Shown here one piece after another: positions 47,093-57,400 of a DNA stretch of 64,000 nucleotides. The stretch covers positions 248,001 through 312,000 of IMG/VR virus record IMGVR_UViG_3300035212_003113; one strand, written 5' to 3'. The stretch's first letter is position 1. Each line of letters starts with the position of its first letter. The notes under the pieces are model-generated. The model ran no database searches. It saw only the letters and a program-made list of their open reading frames with translations, and was not told the DNA's origin. The position numbers and the translations under genes are program-made.

Positions 47093-49218
47093 TGGCTGTT
47101 AATCCACTAGATGTAGCGCAGTGCCTGACGTCCGATGACCCGGTCAATCCAAGCGAGACCATGGCTCTGCTCATAAGCACACTGGGGCCTCTTCTGCCAG
47201 GTGCTGGTATACCGTATAATCCTGACATCCCTCAGATCGATGGCGTTATAGGCTCTAGTGCAAATTACGTCCTAAAGCTTCCTGGCGGAATAACGACTCC
47301 AAACATATCTGTTCCTGGAGCGACCAATATACTTGAGTTCTTGCAACCGCTACTAAATGTCATAAGCACTGCCCTTATTGTTCTTGGTCCAATAAAGGTT
47401 TTGATCGATATAATTGTTGCGATAATAAATGTCTTCTGTGCTTTCCCAAATCCAGCTAAGATGGCTGCGGCTATTATTCAGCTCATCACTGCGATGGCAT
47501 CTCTTGCCACGCTATTTCCAATAGCCGCTGCACTTGTACTACTCATAGAGCTGCTTAAGACCATCATAATGATACTTTCAGCAATACTGCTGATAATTGT
47601 ACCAAAGATTGAGCTTATAATACGAAATGCGGAAACGATACAGACGGCTTTCAGTGGCGATGAGACAGCCGTCAAAGGAGCTTCAGACAAGATCTGCGGT
47701 CTTGTGCAGGATGCATTAAATGACCTAGGCATCCTTTCACCTATAAATTCTTTGCTTTCGCTCATAGCTGCATTTGCTGGACTAGCTTCTCCTGCGCTTT
47801 GTTCGTCCGCATGCTGTGATGATTGTCCAAAAATAGTCAGAAATCCCCCAGAAGGGCGCCTCAAGTACCTTGATACTCAGGATGATGGTGCGACATTCCG
47901 CGTGGAGTTAATAGATGCGACTTATTCTGAGAACCTAAACAGTAACGCGCAGCCATTTGCAGAAGTCGGAACATCAATTCCTTTCTTCAGGGCTATTGAG
48001 CAGGCAGTTCCAATCCTTGCGCTAAACTATGCAGATACTTCGCCAAGTGAGCCGGCAGGCTCTTTTGTGGAGGATATTGGTCGCAAGCAGTATATCGATG
48101 CCTTTAGGGTCATGATTAATAAACGACTTGGTCAAGCAAACGTGTCTACTGTTACAGGAAGCTATGGCGCAGTAATTGCGTACAGCAGTCCACACGGATT
48201 TATGGCTGGCCAAGAGGTATACTTTCTTGGGTCATCATTTTCAGGCTTCGGTGTGGTAGAGTCTTTGATAAGCCCAACTACGATTATCGCAAAAATGCAA
48301 AATCTGGCCACTACTACGGTTACTGTACCAGTGGGAAACCTTGTTACTCATGGGATATATAGCGTAGCTTCGATGATTCGTGGTGGAATAGAGAATAATT
48401 TTAATCCAATTATGGCACTGAAACTTATTCCTGGCTCAAGTCGGCTGTCATCTGCAGAGACGAATTATATAATGGTTGTTGACGAAAATTCTGTAACCGA
48501 TCTCACCTCCGGCTGTAGAATTGACGTAGAAAGCGCCGTTAATGATTATAATTCTACAATAGGAAATGTACCTGGTAACGATGGAGTTCCTGCCTCGCCG
48601 TACACCGGTTCTTTGAGCGAGCTCCTTGGCGTTGATGTTGCTTCACTTACTCTGGATAACGTTGATGCGCTAAAGGCTGCAATTCAGGCTCGCCTGATTA
48701 CTCCTCTGCTTCCCCCTGGTGACATTATATCTCTTGTCAGAGCAGACTTAGATAAAATGGGCAAGCTGCTCGAAAGAGCGATGTGCGTTTCTGTTAGCGC
48801 AACTAACAGTATCTTCACCTCTTCTGCACAGGCTCTTGATATTTCATCTGAGCAGAAGATCCTGCTAACATTTCAGCCTCGCAGCATTGGAGTAAATGGT
48901 GGCAAGCCGATTATGGCCGGTATGCCGTCTACGATAGATGTGCGCGGCATCTTTACCGCTACGCATGGTACGCTTTCGGACGTACAGTTTGATTCCGAAA
49001 CAGGCACCTATACTGCAGAGTTAGTATCCACGTCTGCAGGTACCGCAGAAGTTCGCGCGTACTTTCTTACGGCAGATGTCTGCTCAAGTCCTGCTCAGGA
49101 CGCACCGCGTCTTGGCTTTCCTCCCAAGGTCTTGGAAGTAAGATTCATCGAGGGCAATCTGCGCCCACGGCGCCAGGGCAGACAGTACCTACCATCTGCT
49201 GGCGGCAGGAGACGGTGA
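47092..49218 (+). CDS. Unknown protein with a long hydrophobic helical N-terminus and a C-terminal Ig-like domain
   Basis: About 100 aa rich in Ile/Leu/Ala; Cys cluster CSSACCDDCP; C-terminal FTATHGTLSDV..GTYTAELVSTSAGTAEVRAY resembles invasin/Big domains. Confidence 0.6.
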   Translation: MAVNPLDVAQCLTSDDPVNPSETMALLISTLGPLLPGAGIPYNPDIPQIDGVIGSSANYVLKLPGGITTPNISVPGATNILEFLQPLLNVISTALIVLGPIKVLIDIIVAIINVFCAFPNPAKMAAAIIQLITAMASLATLFPIAAALVLLIELLKTIIMILSAILLIIVPKIELIIRNAETIQTAFSGDETAVKGASDKICGLVQDALNDLGILSPINSLLSLIAAFAGLASPALCSSACCDDCPKIVRNPPEGRLKYLDTQDDGATFRVELIDATYSENLNSNAQPFAEVGTSIPFFRAIEQAVPILALNYADTSPSEPAGSFVEDIGRKQYIDAFRVMINKRLGQANVSTVTGSYGAVIAYSSPHGFMAGQEVYFLGSSFSGFGVVESLISPTTIIAKMQNLATTTVTVPVGNLVTHGIYSVASMIRGGIENNFNPIMALKLIPGSSRLSSAETNYIMVVDENSVTDLTSGCRIDVESAVNDYNSTIGNVPGNDGVPASPYTGSLSELLGVDVASLTLDNVDALKAAIQARLITPLLPPGDIISLVRADLDKMGKLLERAMCVSVSATNSIFTSSAQALDISSEQKILLTFQPRSIGVNGGKPIMAGMPSTIDVRGIFTATHGTLSDVQFDSETGTYTAELVSTSAGTAEVRAYFLTADVCSSPAQDAPRLGFPPKVLEVRFIEGNLRPRRQGRQYLPSAGGRRR

Positions 49219-50765
49219 TGACAAATAAGACCGATACTGCGTCGAACTCTGCGTTCCTAAGTGCCGAAGTTGACGCTTCGAAGATATTTGAATCTCTTGT
49301 GCAGATATCAAATGGACTGCGCTCTTCTGATCCTGTAACAAAAGGCAGGATTCCTCGTGCAGATGAAAAGCTGGACTCAAAAGATGGCGAGTCGCTTTTT
49401 AACGCTTTCCTGCGCGCAATTGGCATGCCAGCTGTTCGCGATGACGAGTCGCTAGGCAAGGATATAAATAATGAGCAGAAGAGCCAGGATGGCACGCTCA
49501 ATTACTTTCAGTATGCAGATATAGGACTGAATGCAGATGATGTAGCAAAGGTTATTCAACGCGAGCAGGCGCTGGCTGCGAACAGGCCCATCGATTACCA
49601 GGCCACTCCTGATAAGGCTAATGTCTTAAGCGGACTTCAATTTATGCTATCCCCCCCTGCTCCTGATGCCGGAGTCAAAGGAGAAGGAGGTCGTCGATCT
49701 ATTTTTCCGCTTGTTGCATGTGGTGACGTCACGGTATATCCTCTTTCGAACAGAACAAAGCCAATGTTTGGTAATTCTGGCGACCCTAATGGTTATGTGC
49801 AACAGCGCTGTTTCCTTGAATTCATATTGATCACAAAGTTCGCTGCAAAGCAAACTGAAATTAGCTCTGAGTTGCGAGAAGCAATAAAAGTAAAACTACT
49901 TAGTATCGGCGTAGCCGAAGGCTCAAATGCTCCTGATCCTCGTGCCAATGAAAAACAGGCCATAATTGGAAATCTGGGCAATGAAGAGGTATTTTCTCTT
50001 CGAGTTATTCAAAAGCTATTTCAGGCACTGGAGGCCTCTGCAATTGATTATGCAGAGTCTAAAAAACTTGTTCGTAGCTATATGCAAGATGTGACCTATG
50101 TGCCAGTGTTCAATGGTCGTTCGCCATTTGTGCGCCAGGGTAATTTTGAAATATCATATGAAGAAATAATCAAATTTCTTGATGAAAATGACCCAAATAA
50201 GAAAATTGAGCTAGGTCTGGACAAGAAACCACGTCTTGATGCCGCGATAGATAGTTTAGATCTTGAAAAAACGCAGTCAGAGCAGTTTTTTGACATCTTT
50301 ATTCCGGCGGCCAACAAACCAGAGGATGATATAGATTTTCTTCTCGGCGCCGGCAGCGGTGAGGCGTTTGGAACTGGAACTTTCGAAGACATAGTGGTCT
50401 CAATCTGCACGCTGGACAGAAATAGGGTGGACGAAGAGATCAAATCCAAAAAGTCCGAGATGACTCGTATTCGAGCTGAGCTAGAGTTGCTGCGCAGCAA
50501 GCTGGATATATATTCAGGATATACCTACGGTCTCTCAATATTTGATTTTTTAGCAATAATACTCTCTTTGTATATATTGCCGCAATCAACTATAAGCGAG
50601 TTGGTGAATGCTGAAGGCAGGAATAGGTTTTTCGAAACAAGGGGCAGCTTTCCTTCAACAGGACTTTCTGCATCAGCTGAGCGCAAAAAATTCGAAGAAA
50701 CCGTAACCCAAGTCCTCAATATAGCTAGGGCAGCATTCGATAAGGCTGAGAAGGGTTCCAAGTAA
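49218..50765 (+). CDS. Hypothetical helical protein in the baseplate cluster
   Basis: ATG overlaps the upstream TGA; AGGAG SD; coiled-coil segment RVDEEIKSKKSEMTRIRAELELLRSKL. Confidence 0.6.
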   Translation: MTNKTDTASNSAFLSAEVDASKIFESLVQISNGLRSSDPVTKGRIPRADEKLDSKDGESLFNAFLRAIGMPAVRDDESLGKDINNEQKSQDGTLNYFQYADIGLNADDVAKVIQREQALAANRPIDYQATPDKANVLSGLQFMLSPPAPDAGVKGEGGRRSIFPLVACGDVTVYPLSNRTKPMFGNSGDPNGYVQQRCFLEFILITKFAAKQTEISSELREAIKVKLLSIGVAEGSNAPDPRANEKQAIIGNLGNEEVFSLRVIQKLFQALEASAIDYAESKKLVRSYMQDVTYVPVFNGRSPFVRQGNFEISYEEIIKFLDENDPNKKIELGLDKKPRLDAAIDSLDLEKTQSEQFFDIFIPAANKPEDDIDFLLGAGSGEAFGTGTFEDIVVSICTLDRNRVDEEIKSKKSEMTRIRAELELLRSKLDIYSGYTYGLSIFDFLAIILSLYILPQSTISELVNAEGRNRFFETRGSFPSTGLSASAERKKFEETVTQVLNIARAAFDKAEKGSK

Positions 50766-50767
50766 AA

Positions 50768-51196
50768 ATGAGCTTTGACTTCAAACTTGCAAATGGTACT
50801 TTTTCGCTAGGCCCCGATGGAGACATCCAGCGCGCATATGGCCAGGAAAAGCTATCGCAGGACGTGGTCAAGATAATTGCCACTGCCGTAGGGACAAATC
50901 TGTTACATAAGTGGTATGGCTCATCAATACCGGATAATCTTGTAGGATCTGGCCTAAATCGGCAGTTCCTGGAGGCCGAGATCATCCGTAGTATCGGCTA
51001 TAGCCTGCAGAATCTCAAGGCCCTGCAGGAGCAGCAGGAGCGGGCTGGCCAAATATTGCTTCCAAGTGAGGCGATCAGGTCTGTCGAGGATATAAGTATC
51101 CTGCCAACTAATGATCCCCGAGCAATAGGAATTGTAATAGCAATTCGTACGCGATCAGGCAAAATTGCCCAAGAGACGCTCGCACTCCGGATTTAA
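50768..51196 (+). CDS. Baseplate wedge / sheath initiator (T4 gp25 / P2 W-like)
   Basis: 142 aa; KLSQDVVKII.T..G..H.WYGS..EI.RS..AIRSVEDISI pattern; located just before the J-like gene. Confidence 0.8.
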   Translation: MSFDFKLANGTFSLGPDGDIQRAYGQEKLSQDVVKIIATAVGTNLLHKWYGSSIPDNLVGSGLNRQFLEAEIIRSIGYSLQNLKALQEQQERAGQILLPSEAIRSVEDISILPTNDPRAIGIVIAIRTRSGKIAQETLALRI

Positions 51197-51205
51197 AGGT
51201 GAATC

Positions 51206-54200
51206 GTGGCCAGAATTAAGTCACTAGAAGAGATTGTGCTGTCAATGCTTGACTTCATCCGACTGGCACAGCCGGATGCAAACCTGAATCCCGGCAGCGT
51301 AATTCGCGATACCATGGTTGATATGCCTGCGACTGCCATTTCCCAGCTCTATGATGAGTTGCGAGCAGCATCAGGCTTTCAGGCCATACTTGCAGCGACC
51401 GGTTCTGAGCTCGACAAGATTGCAAGAAACTACAGCATCTCCCGCAACACTGGCAGCCCAGCCCGTGGCGTTGCTGTCCTTACTACAAACAATTTAGAAG
51501 CCAATATTTCGATACCAAATGGCACTTTTTTTATCTCGAGAAATGGCCAGAAGTTCCGCACCCTAAGTGACACCCTTATGGATGCCGCTAGGCCGAATAT
51601 CTATCGCTCTAATGCGGTCCGGCTGGCCAATGACCTGCAAATGATTGGCATTCTCGACCAGTTCGCCGTAGAGGTGAGCGTACAGGCCATTTCGCCAGGG
51701 GTTGCTGGTAGAATAAGCAAGTACCAGCTACTAAGCCATGGTATCCCCGGCATATCGAATATAACAAACATCTCTTCTTTCACCGGCGGCAGCAGTATAG
51801 AATCAGATGATCAGTTCCGAAACAGAATCTTGTCTATATTCCGCGGAGCAAATACCGGTACCGAGACCGCTTACCTTGGCGCCGTAAATGCCGACAATCG
51901 GGTTATCTCTAGCGCAGTAATAGGCCCAGGAAATCCACTCATGACTCGTGACGGGACCGTTACTGTCGAAGACGAGTACGGCAATATTACGATAATCAGC
52001 AGCGGTACCGGTGGCAAGGCAGATATACTTGTCCAGGGATCTGAGATCCTGCGTAATACAGAATCATTTATCTTCAATGACCGCTCTGGTACAGAGAACC
52101 CATCTGATCCGATAAACGATCAGGTCCTAGGTCTGCGTGGAGAGGACTCTGATTTAGACATGGCTCAGCGCCGTCGCAATGCCGTAGAATCTGGATCATT
52201 TCCGTATCAGCCAGTTGATTCAGTAGTAACGCTATCTGGCAGCCTTTCTGGAGCCAACTTTGTTCAGGCGTACATAGACGAGGCAGGAGTCGAGCGCGGC
52301 AACTTTAAACTAATCAAGGACGATGGCGCATTTCGTGGCAGTCCATTCGGCTTTGACAGGCTTCACTTTATATCTAACGAGATCGATCTTCAGAGTGAGC
52401 AGGTATCAAAGCCGCAGCTCGGCAGCAAAGATCCTCTTAACTTCACCGACGTAACTCACATCGACTCCATCTTCCAAAATATTTCAGTAGTACGAGAAGT
52501 TGCCACTACCGACCCAGTAAATCGTCAGTTTGTGACTGTGCGCCATACGCCTGTGCTTGCTGTTGACCGAGTAACTAACGCAACCACTGGTGAGCGCTAC
52601 CGCATAATCTCTCAGAACCCTGATGGCACTGGTACTCTCAATACAACCGGACGCATACAGATCGCCGGAGCAACCTTGCCACGCAGCACTGATATTATCG
52701 AAGTCAGTTATACTTGGCAGGCGCAGTTTGATAAATATGTCGATTACGATAATCTCATGGATGCTAATCGATCACGAACGGCAATAGATAGCGTTGACTG
52801 GGGTTATTCGGCACGCGTAGAGCTAGAGGAGACCGCCACTGTTTATTCTATAGCAGACGGTTATCATGTGCTGACCACGTATCCGATTAATCGTGTGACG
52901 AATGTCTACACCTATACTCGCGAGACAGTAAACCGCTCTGGCGGCAAGCTAATCCTTGCTGAGTCTATACTGGACATTCTATCTGTCCTGGATGCAGACG
53001 GCAGGGAAGTGTTCTTTACTGCTGCTGGGAATGGCAGTTTCTCCGGTTCTTCTATAACTCTCCCCACTGACTCGCTCCTACTAGAGGGAGAGCCGGCCAC
53101 GGTTACCTATAATACGACTGATGTCTTCAGCCCAGACAACGAGGATCTTGGTAGCTTTACCGGAAACAAGATACTGCTGTCAAGCGATATCGGCATCTCT
53201 ACTCCTGTTCTAGTAGACTATGTTGCTGCTCACCAGGAGTTGCTCCCGAATACTGCCCTATCCAGCCTGCCGGCATTTGGAGTAGAAAACGAATGGTCGG
53301 CTAACGGAATTATCTCTGGCGAACAGCCAACGCTATTTTCCTGGTCGGCCGGTCAGCGCACCGCTGTACAGGTGTTGGCTCCTACGCATCTGCGCATGCT
53401 AGTTAGCAATACCTCTTCTTCTGGCCGTCTGCTCATTCGCGGTCTTGCTTGGAAACGCATAGAGTCCACTTTTGTGAGCACCAACGAGGGACTGACACTA
53501 GATCTGTCCCAGGTTATCAGGCAGCAGCTCGGCACTCTGCCCACGGGTGCCTTCCTGGCCTCGGTCGACTCTCTTGAAAGCGTTGTTGTAGAGAATGGCG
53601 CAGCAACATCGGTAAATTTTCAGTATGATCTACAGAACTACGAGCTGCAGACCGCCATCTGGGATCGAGGTGCGATAGAGAATACATCTCTGCTGCCTAC
53701 CGCATTCTCCCTGCCAAGTACTTCTGCAAATGCAGCTGTCGAGCCCATAAGCGGCACTGGCCTGCGAGTATCTTTCTCTATAATTTACCCGATCATAGAG
53801 AGACTGACTGTTTCTGCCGCTGGCGAGCAGATAACCGAGAACAAGTTCGTGTTTGTCGAGGAGATCCGGATAGACTCTGGCTTTAGAAATCTCTCAAATG
53901 TTGTTGCTGGCAATATTACTATATCGGCACTTAATCAGCCATCAACAAATTCACAGTATTTTGTTAACTACTCGTACAAAGCTCCTAAAGAGGGCGAGCG
54001 CATAACCGTTGTCTACAACTATGATTCGCTAATGGCCGAGCTCACTGCAGCTGTCGAGACGGTACGTCCAATTGGCGGAGACATACTGGTTCGCAAGAAG
54101 GATTCGGTTGATCTTTATACGGAAGTAGAGGTCACTCCGCTACCAACATTCACTGGATCGACCTCAACCCTGCAGAGCACCGTCTCGCAGCGCATTACTG

Positions 54201-54403
54201 ACTTTATAAATGGACAGACAGCTGGCTCGACAATAGATGCTAGCGATATAATTAACGCAGTCTACGTAATAGCAGGTGTAGATCGCGTAATCATAAATAA
54301 ATTTAATACTGAGGATGTTGTTGCTATAAAGAAGAGCATAGTTGGCCGCGATGATAAATTCTTTGTCGCTCGCTCTGTTGTAGTAAATATCGTGAATAGG
54401 TGA
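51206..54403 (+). CDS. Baseplate J/gp6-like wedge protein with a large insertion
   Basis: NLNPGSVIRD..GSELDKIARNYSISR..A.G..EVSVQA..G..FTGGSSIESDDQFRNRI; C-terminal VRPIGGDILV..SDIINAVYVIAGVDRV. Confidence 0.88.
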   Translation: MARIKSLEEIVLSMLDFIRLAQPDANLNPGSVIRDTMVDMPATAISQLYDELRAASGFQAILAATGSELDKIARNYSISRNTGSPARGVAVLTTNNLEANISIPNGTFFISRNGQKFRTLSDTLMDAARPNIYRSNAVRLANDLQMIGILDQFAVEVSVQAISPGVAGRISKYQLLSHGIPGISNITNISSFTGGSSIESDDQFRNRILSIFRGANTGTETAYLGAVNADNRVISSAVIGPGNPLMTRDGTVTVEDEYGNITIISSGTGGKADILVQGSEILRNTESFIFNDRSGTENPSDPINDQVLGLRGEDSDLDMAQRRRNAVESGSFPYQPVDSVVTLSGSLSGANFVQAYIDEAGVERGNFKLIKDDGAFRGSPFGFDRLHFISNEIDLQSEQVSKPQLGSKDPLNFTDVTHIDSIFQNISVVREVATTDPVNRQFVTVRHTPVLAVDRVTNATTGERYRIISQNPDGTGTLNTTGRIQIAGATLPRSTDIIEVSYTWQAQFDKYVDYDNLMDANRSRTAIDSVDWGYSARVELEETATVYSIADGYHVLTTYPINRVTNVYTYTRETVNRSGGKLILAESILDILSVLDADGREVFFTAAGNGSFSGSSITLPTDSLLLEGEPATVTYNTTDVFSPDNEDLGSFTGNKILLSSDIGISTPVLVDYVAAHQELLPNTALSSLPAFGVENEWSANGIISGEQPTLFSWSAGQRTAVQVLAPTHLRMLVSNTSSSGRLLIRGLAWKRIESTFVSTNEGLTLDLSQVIRQQLGTLPTGAFLASVDSLESVVVENGAATSVNFQYDLQNYELQTAIWDRGAIENTSLLPTAFSLPSTSANAAVEPISGTGLRVSFSIIYPIIERLTVSAAGEQITENKFVFVEEIRIDSGFRNLSNVVAGNITISALNQPSTNSQYFVNYSYKAPKEGERITVVYNYDSLMAELTAAVETVRPIGGDILVRKKDSVDLYTEVEVTPLPTFTGSTSTLQSTVSQRITDFINGQTAGSTIDASDIINAVYVIAGVDRVIINKFNTEDVVAIKKSIVGRDDKFFVARSVVVNIVNR

Positions 54404-54407
54404 ACCG

Positions 54408-57400
54408 ATGTTTAGAGCAACGGAAATTTCTGTACGCGGCTATGATTCTATCCAGATCGCATTTAGCGACTTCCCGTCCGATGATATAACTCCGGATAAT
54501 TTTTCAATAGTCAGCAACTTCGCGAGTGAGGCGCCGCTACAGGTCCACTCTCTGCAGATTACCAAGAAGGTAATCACGCTGTATCATTCGCTCTCCTCTC
54601 CGCTGGTCAGCTACACCCTGATAATGCAGGACACTGCTTTTCGTTCGTTCGTTTCGCAGTCAGGAGAGCCGCTGCAGATCGACGGCAGCGCTAACAAATT
54701 TATTTTCATTGGGCCAGAGTCGCCAAACGGCATACGCGACAACATGCTCGATTATCTGACAAGCGTATACGATGGCTTCGAGAACAATCTGCTGCACAAG
54801 CATGTGTCTGGTCTGGCCGAGCAGCTGCTTTCGGCACGCACTGCAATAAGACAAAAATCCAACTCCGTTTACTTGGAAGAGGTGGTCCAGGATCAGCTCA
54901 TTTCACGCGGATCTCATAATTCTGATCGTCTGCCGGACGAAGGTGCATTCCAGGTAGATCGGGTCTCTGCAAGGGTCACAGGAGATGCGCTAACCTCGTC
55001 GAGCTTTTTATTTTCAAAAGCAACCGTGGATTCTTTCTCTGCATTTCCAGAGTACAACAACCCAACGCTGTCCTCTTTTCCCAGCATACCCTACTCTCTG
55101 CAGCAGGTGGTTGCGACAGAGATAGTTTCTAATTCTGAGAGAATAAGCAACAGCTTTTCTGGGCTAACGCTGAGCCTTTCAAAAGAGAATATTACGCAAG
55201 TCATCTCTGTTGTTCTACGTAGCGGTGGGACGAGCTATCCATACGACATCACTACGTATCCGATTGGATTACTTAGCAACCGGTATGATACTGCTTTCTC
55301 GTACAGCAACCTATCTCTGCAGAGCAATCAATTTCGCCTGGATCCGGCTGCTGTCCAGTCTGGTCACATTCCAGAGCCCGTGCCGAGCGACGAATGGTAC
55401 GTAACATACGCATATAAAGACCTTGGCAGATTGCCTGATTTTGCTTCAGTGGAAGTGTACGAAGTGAAGACGCAGGTTCGCGAACGAACGCCTGCTGTAT
55501 CCAATGTCTTTTCTCTTCAGAAGTTTCCAATTGTTTGGCCTGACGGTTCGCCAGCAGCCGCAGGAGCAGTAGAATTCTTGAATCCGCTAGCATCTGGTAG
55601 CGCACCAGCATTCGGCTCGACACATCCCGCATTCTTGGATGAAATCCCGTTTGACAGACTTTTGCCTCCAGCAAATCCAGGTGAATTCGCAGTAGATTAT
55701 ACAACTGGCCAGGTTCTTGTCTACGGTGAGGCCCTCGGTGGGCTAGGTACAGGTTCTTTTCCTCCTGTTGCAAGCTACTCATACCGCAGAACGTACTCTG
55801 GCGGTACTGATTATATCGTCGACCCGGAGTCAAGTGACATTGTTGCTGCCGTTGGCCGGGGTCTTGATGGTCGCCAGGTCTATCTTGACGTCAAGCATGA
55901 ACAGGTCTATGTACCAGGCGTAGATTATGTTGCCGAGACCCATAATGAAGCTCTGAATGAGTACATAGACAATCGACTTTTTGGAAATTCACGGATACAA
56001 ACGCTGTACGCCCCTATCACTGATGTGTTTCGCGTTTTTAACGAGACTACTGGTGAAACCTATAATGTAGACTACTACAGTCGCCATGAGATCAGCATAT
56101 CCGGCTCTCAGTTACCTCGTCGCCAGAATATCTATACAGAAGGTGCCCGCTTTAAGCAAGTGCTGCGCGAAGAGCTCTATATATCGTCAATTGCACGAGA
56201 TCTTGGTGCCGAGTGCGTATTTTCAGTGAGCCTCCAGAACTTTCCTGTGATGGCAGCCAGCCTTCCACAGATAGGCTCAGCGACAAATACTTCATTTGCC
56301 CCCGACTCTGCTCTGCTACTTGCAGAATACTATTTTGATGGTGATCTTCAGTCGCTTTCAGACAACCTTGATAAACTCCAATCTGTTGGTGATTACGTCG
56401 TAGACTACAGCGCTGGAATACTATACTTCCGAGCGCCAACTGACTCGGACTTTTTCGTAGGCACTGTTAACTATTTGTGCGGGGCAATTCAACCATCTAA
56501 TTCTCAGATAACCTCTGTAGACGTAATGCGCTATTCGGCCACCCCTACCAGTGAACCACTTCGCACAGTTGATCACAGTAGCTTCACTGCCACAGAAATA
56601 ATGCCTGCAGAGCTGCTGGCCTCATCTGAGCGCTTCCTCGGAGGCAATACCGGCAATCCGGTGTTATTCGGTACTCGTCAATGGGGGCGCCTTGCAAGTT
56701 GGCAGGTAGGCAGTGACATACTACATGTCGCAGATGCGCTTTTCACTGCAGATGTAGCAGATGGCAATCATTTTGTTCAGTTTGAAGATGAATCCCAGCG
56801 TCAGATTCTACAGTATATTGCACCGACCATTGTACGGGTAGATCTTCCGTTTACCGATAACGATGCAGACGTCGCATGGGTACTTCTGGACACGGATCTT
56901 GCTGACGGATACACTGTAGCAACAACCTATGAAGCACGAGATGTTCGGGGCGTATATCTACTTAGTGAGATAAACGACCCTCTGTCGCCGGTGCCAGTTT
57001 CAGTTGCAACAAATTACTGGGACAGATCTGTTGATCGAATCTCTGGAAATCAGCTCATATTTAATAATTCGCTTGCTAAGGCGCTGCCAGTCGGATCTGC
57101 GCTTGTTATCGATTACGACTTTGGCAACCTCTTTGTTGATTATGAATTTGTTATAGATAAACTACGTGTTGATTACGAGTGGGGAGATAATCAGATCCGC
57201 TGGCTGACCGCACTACCTGTTGGCACTGACTACTACTGCACCTATCGCTATGGTGCAATGCGCCGTGAACTGCTTGAAAATTTCGCAGTAATGCTTGGCC
57301 TGCCAGAGCTGCTAAATGCAGACCTAGATATGAACCGCGAGACTATTCGCGACTTGACTAGGGCTGCGATGACAGTCTTTGCCGGCGGACCAACGCTGCG

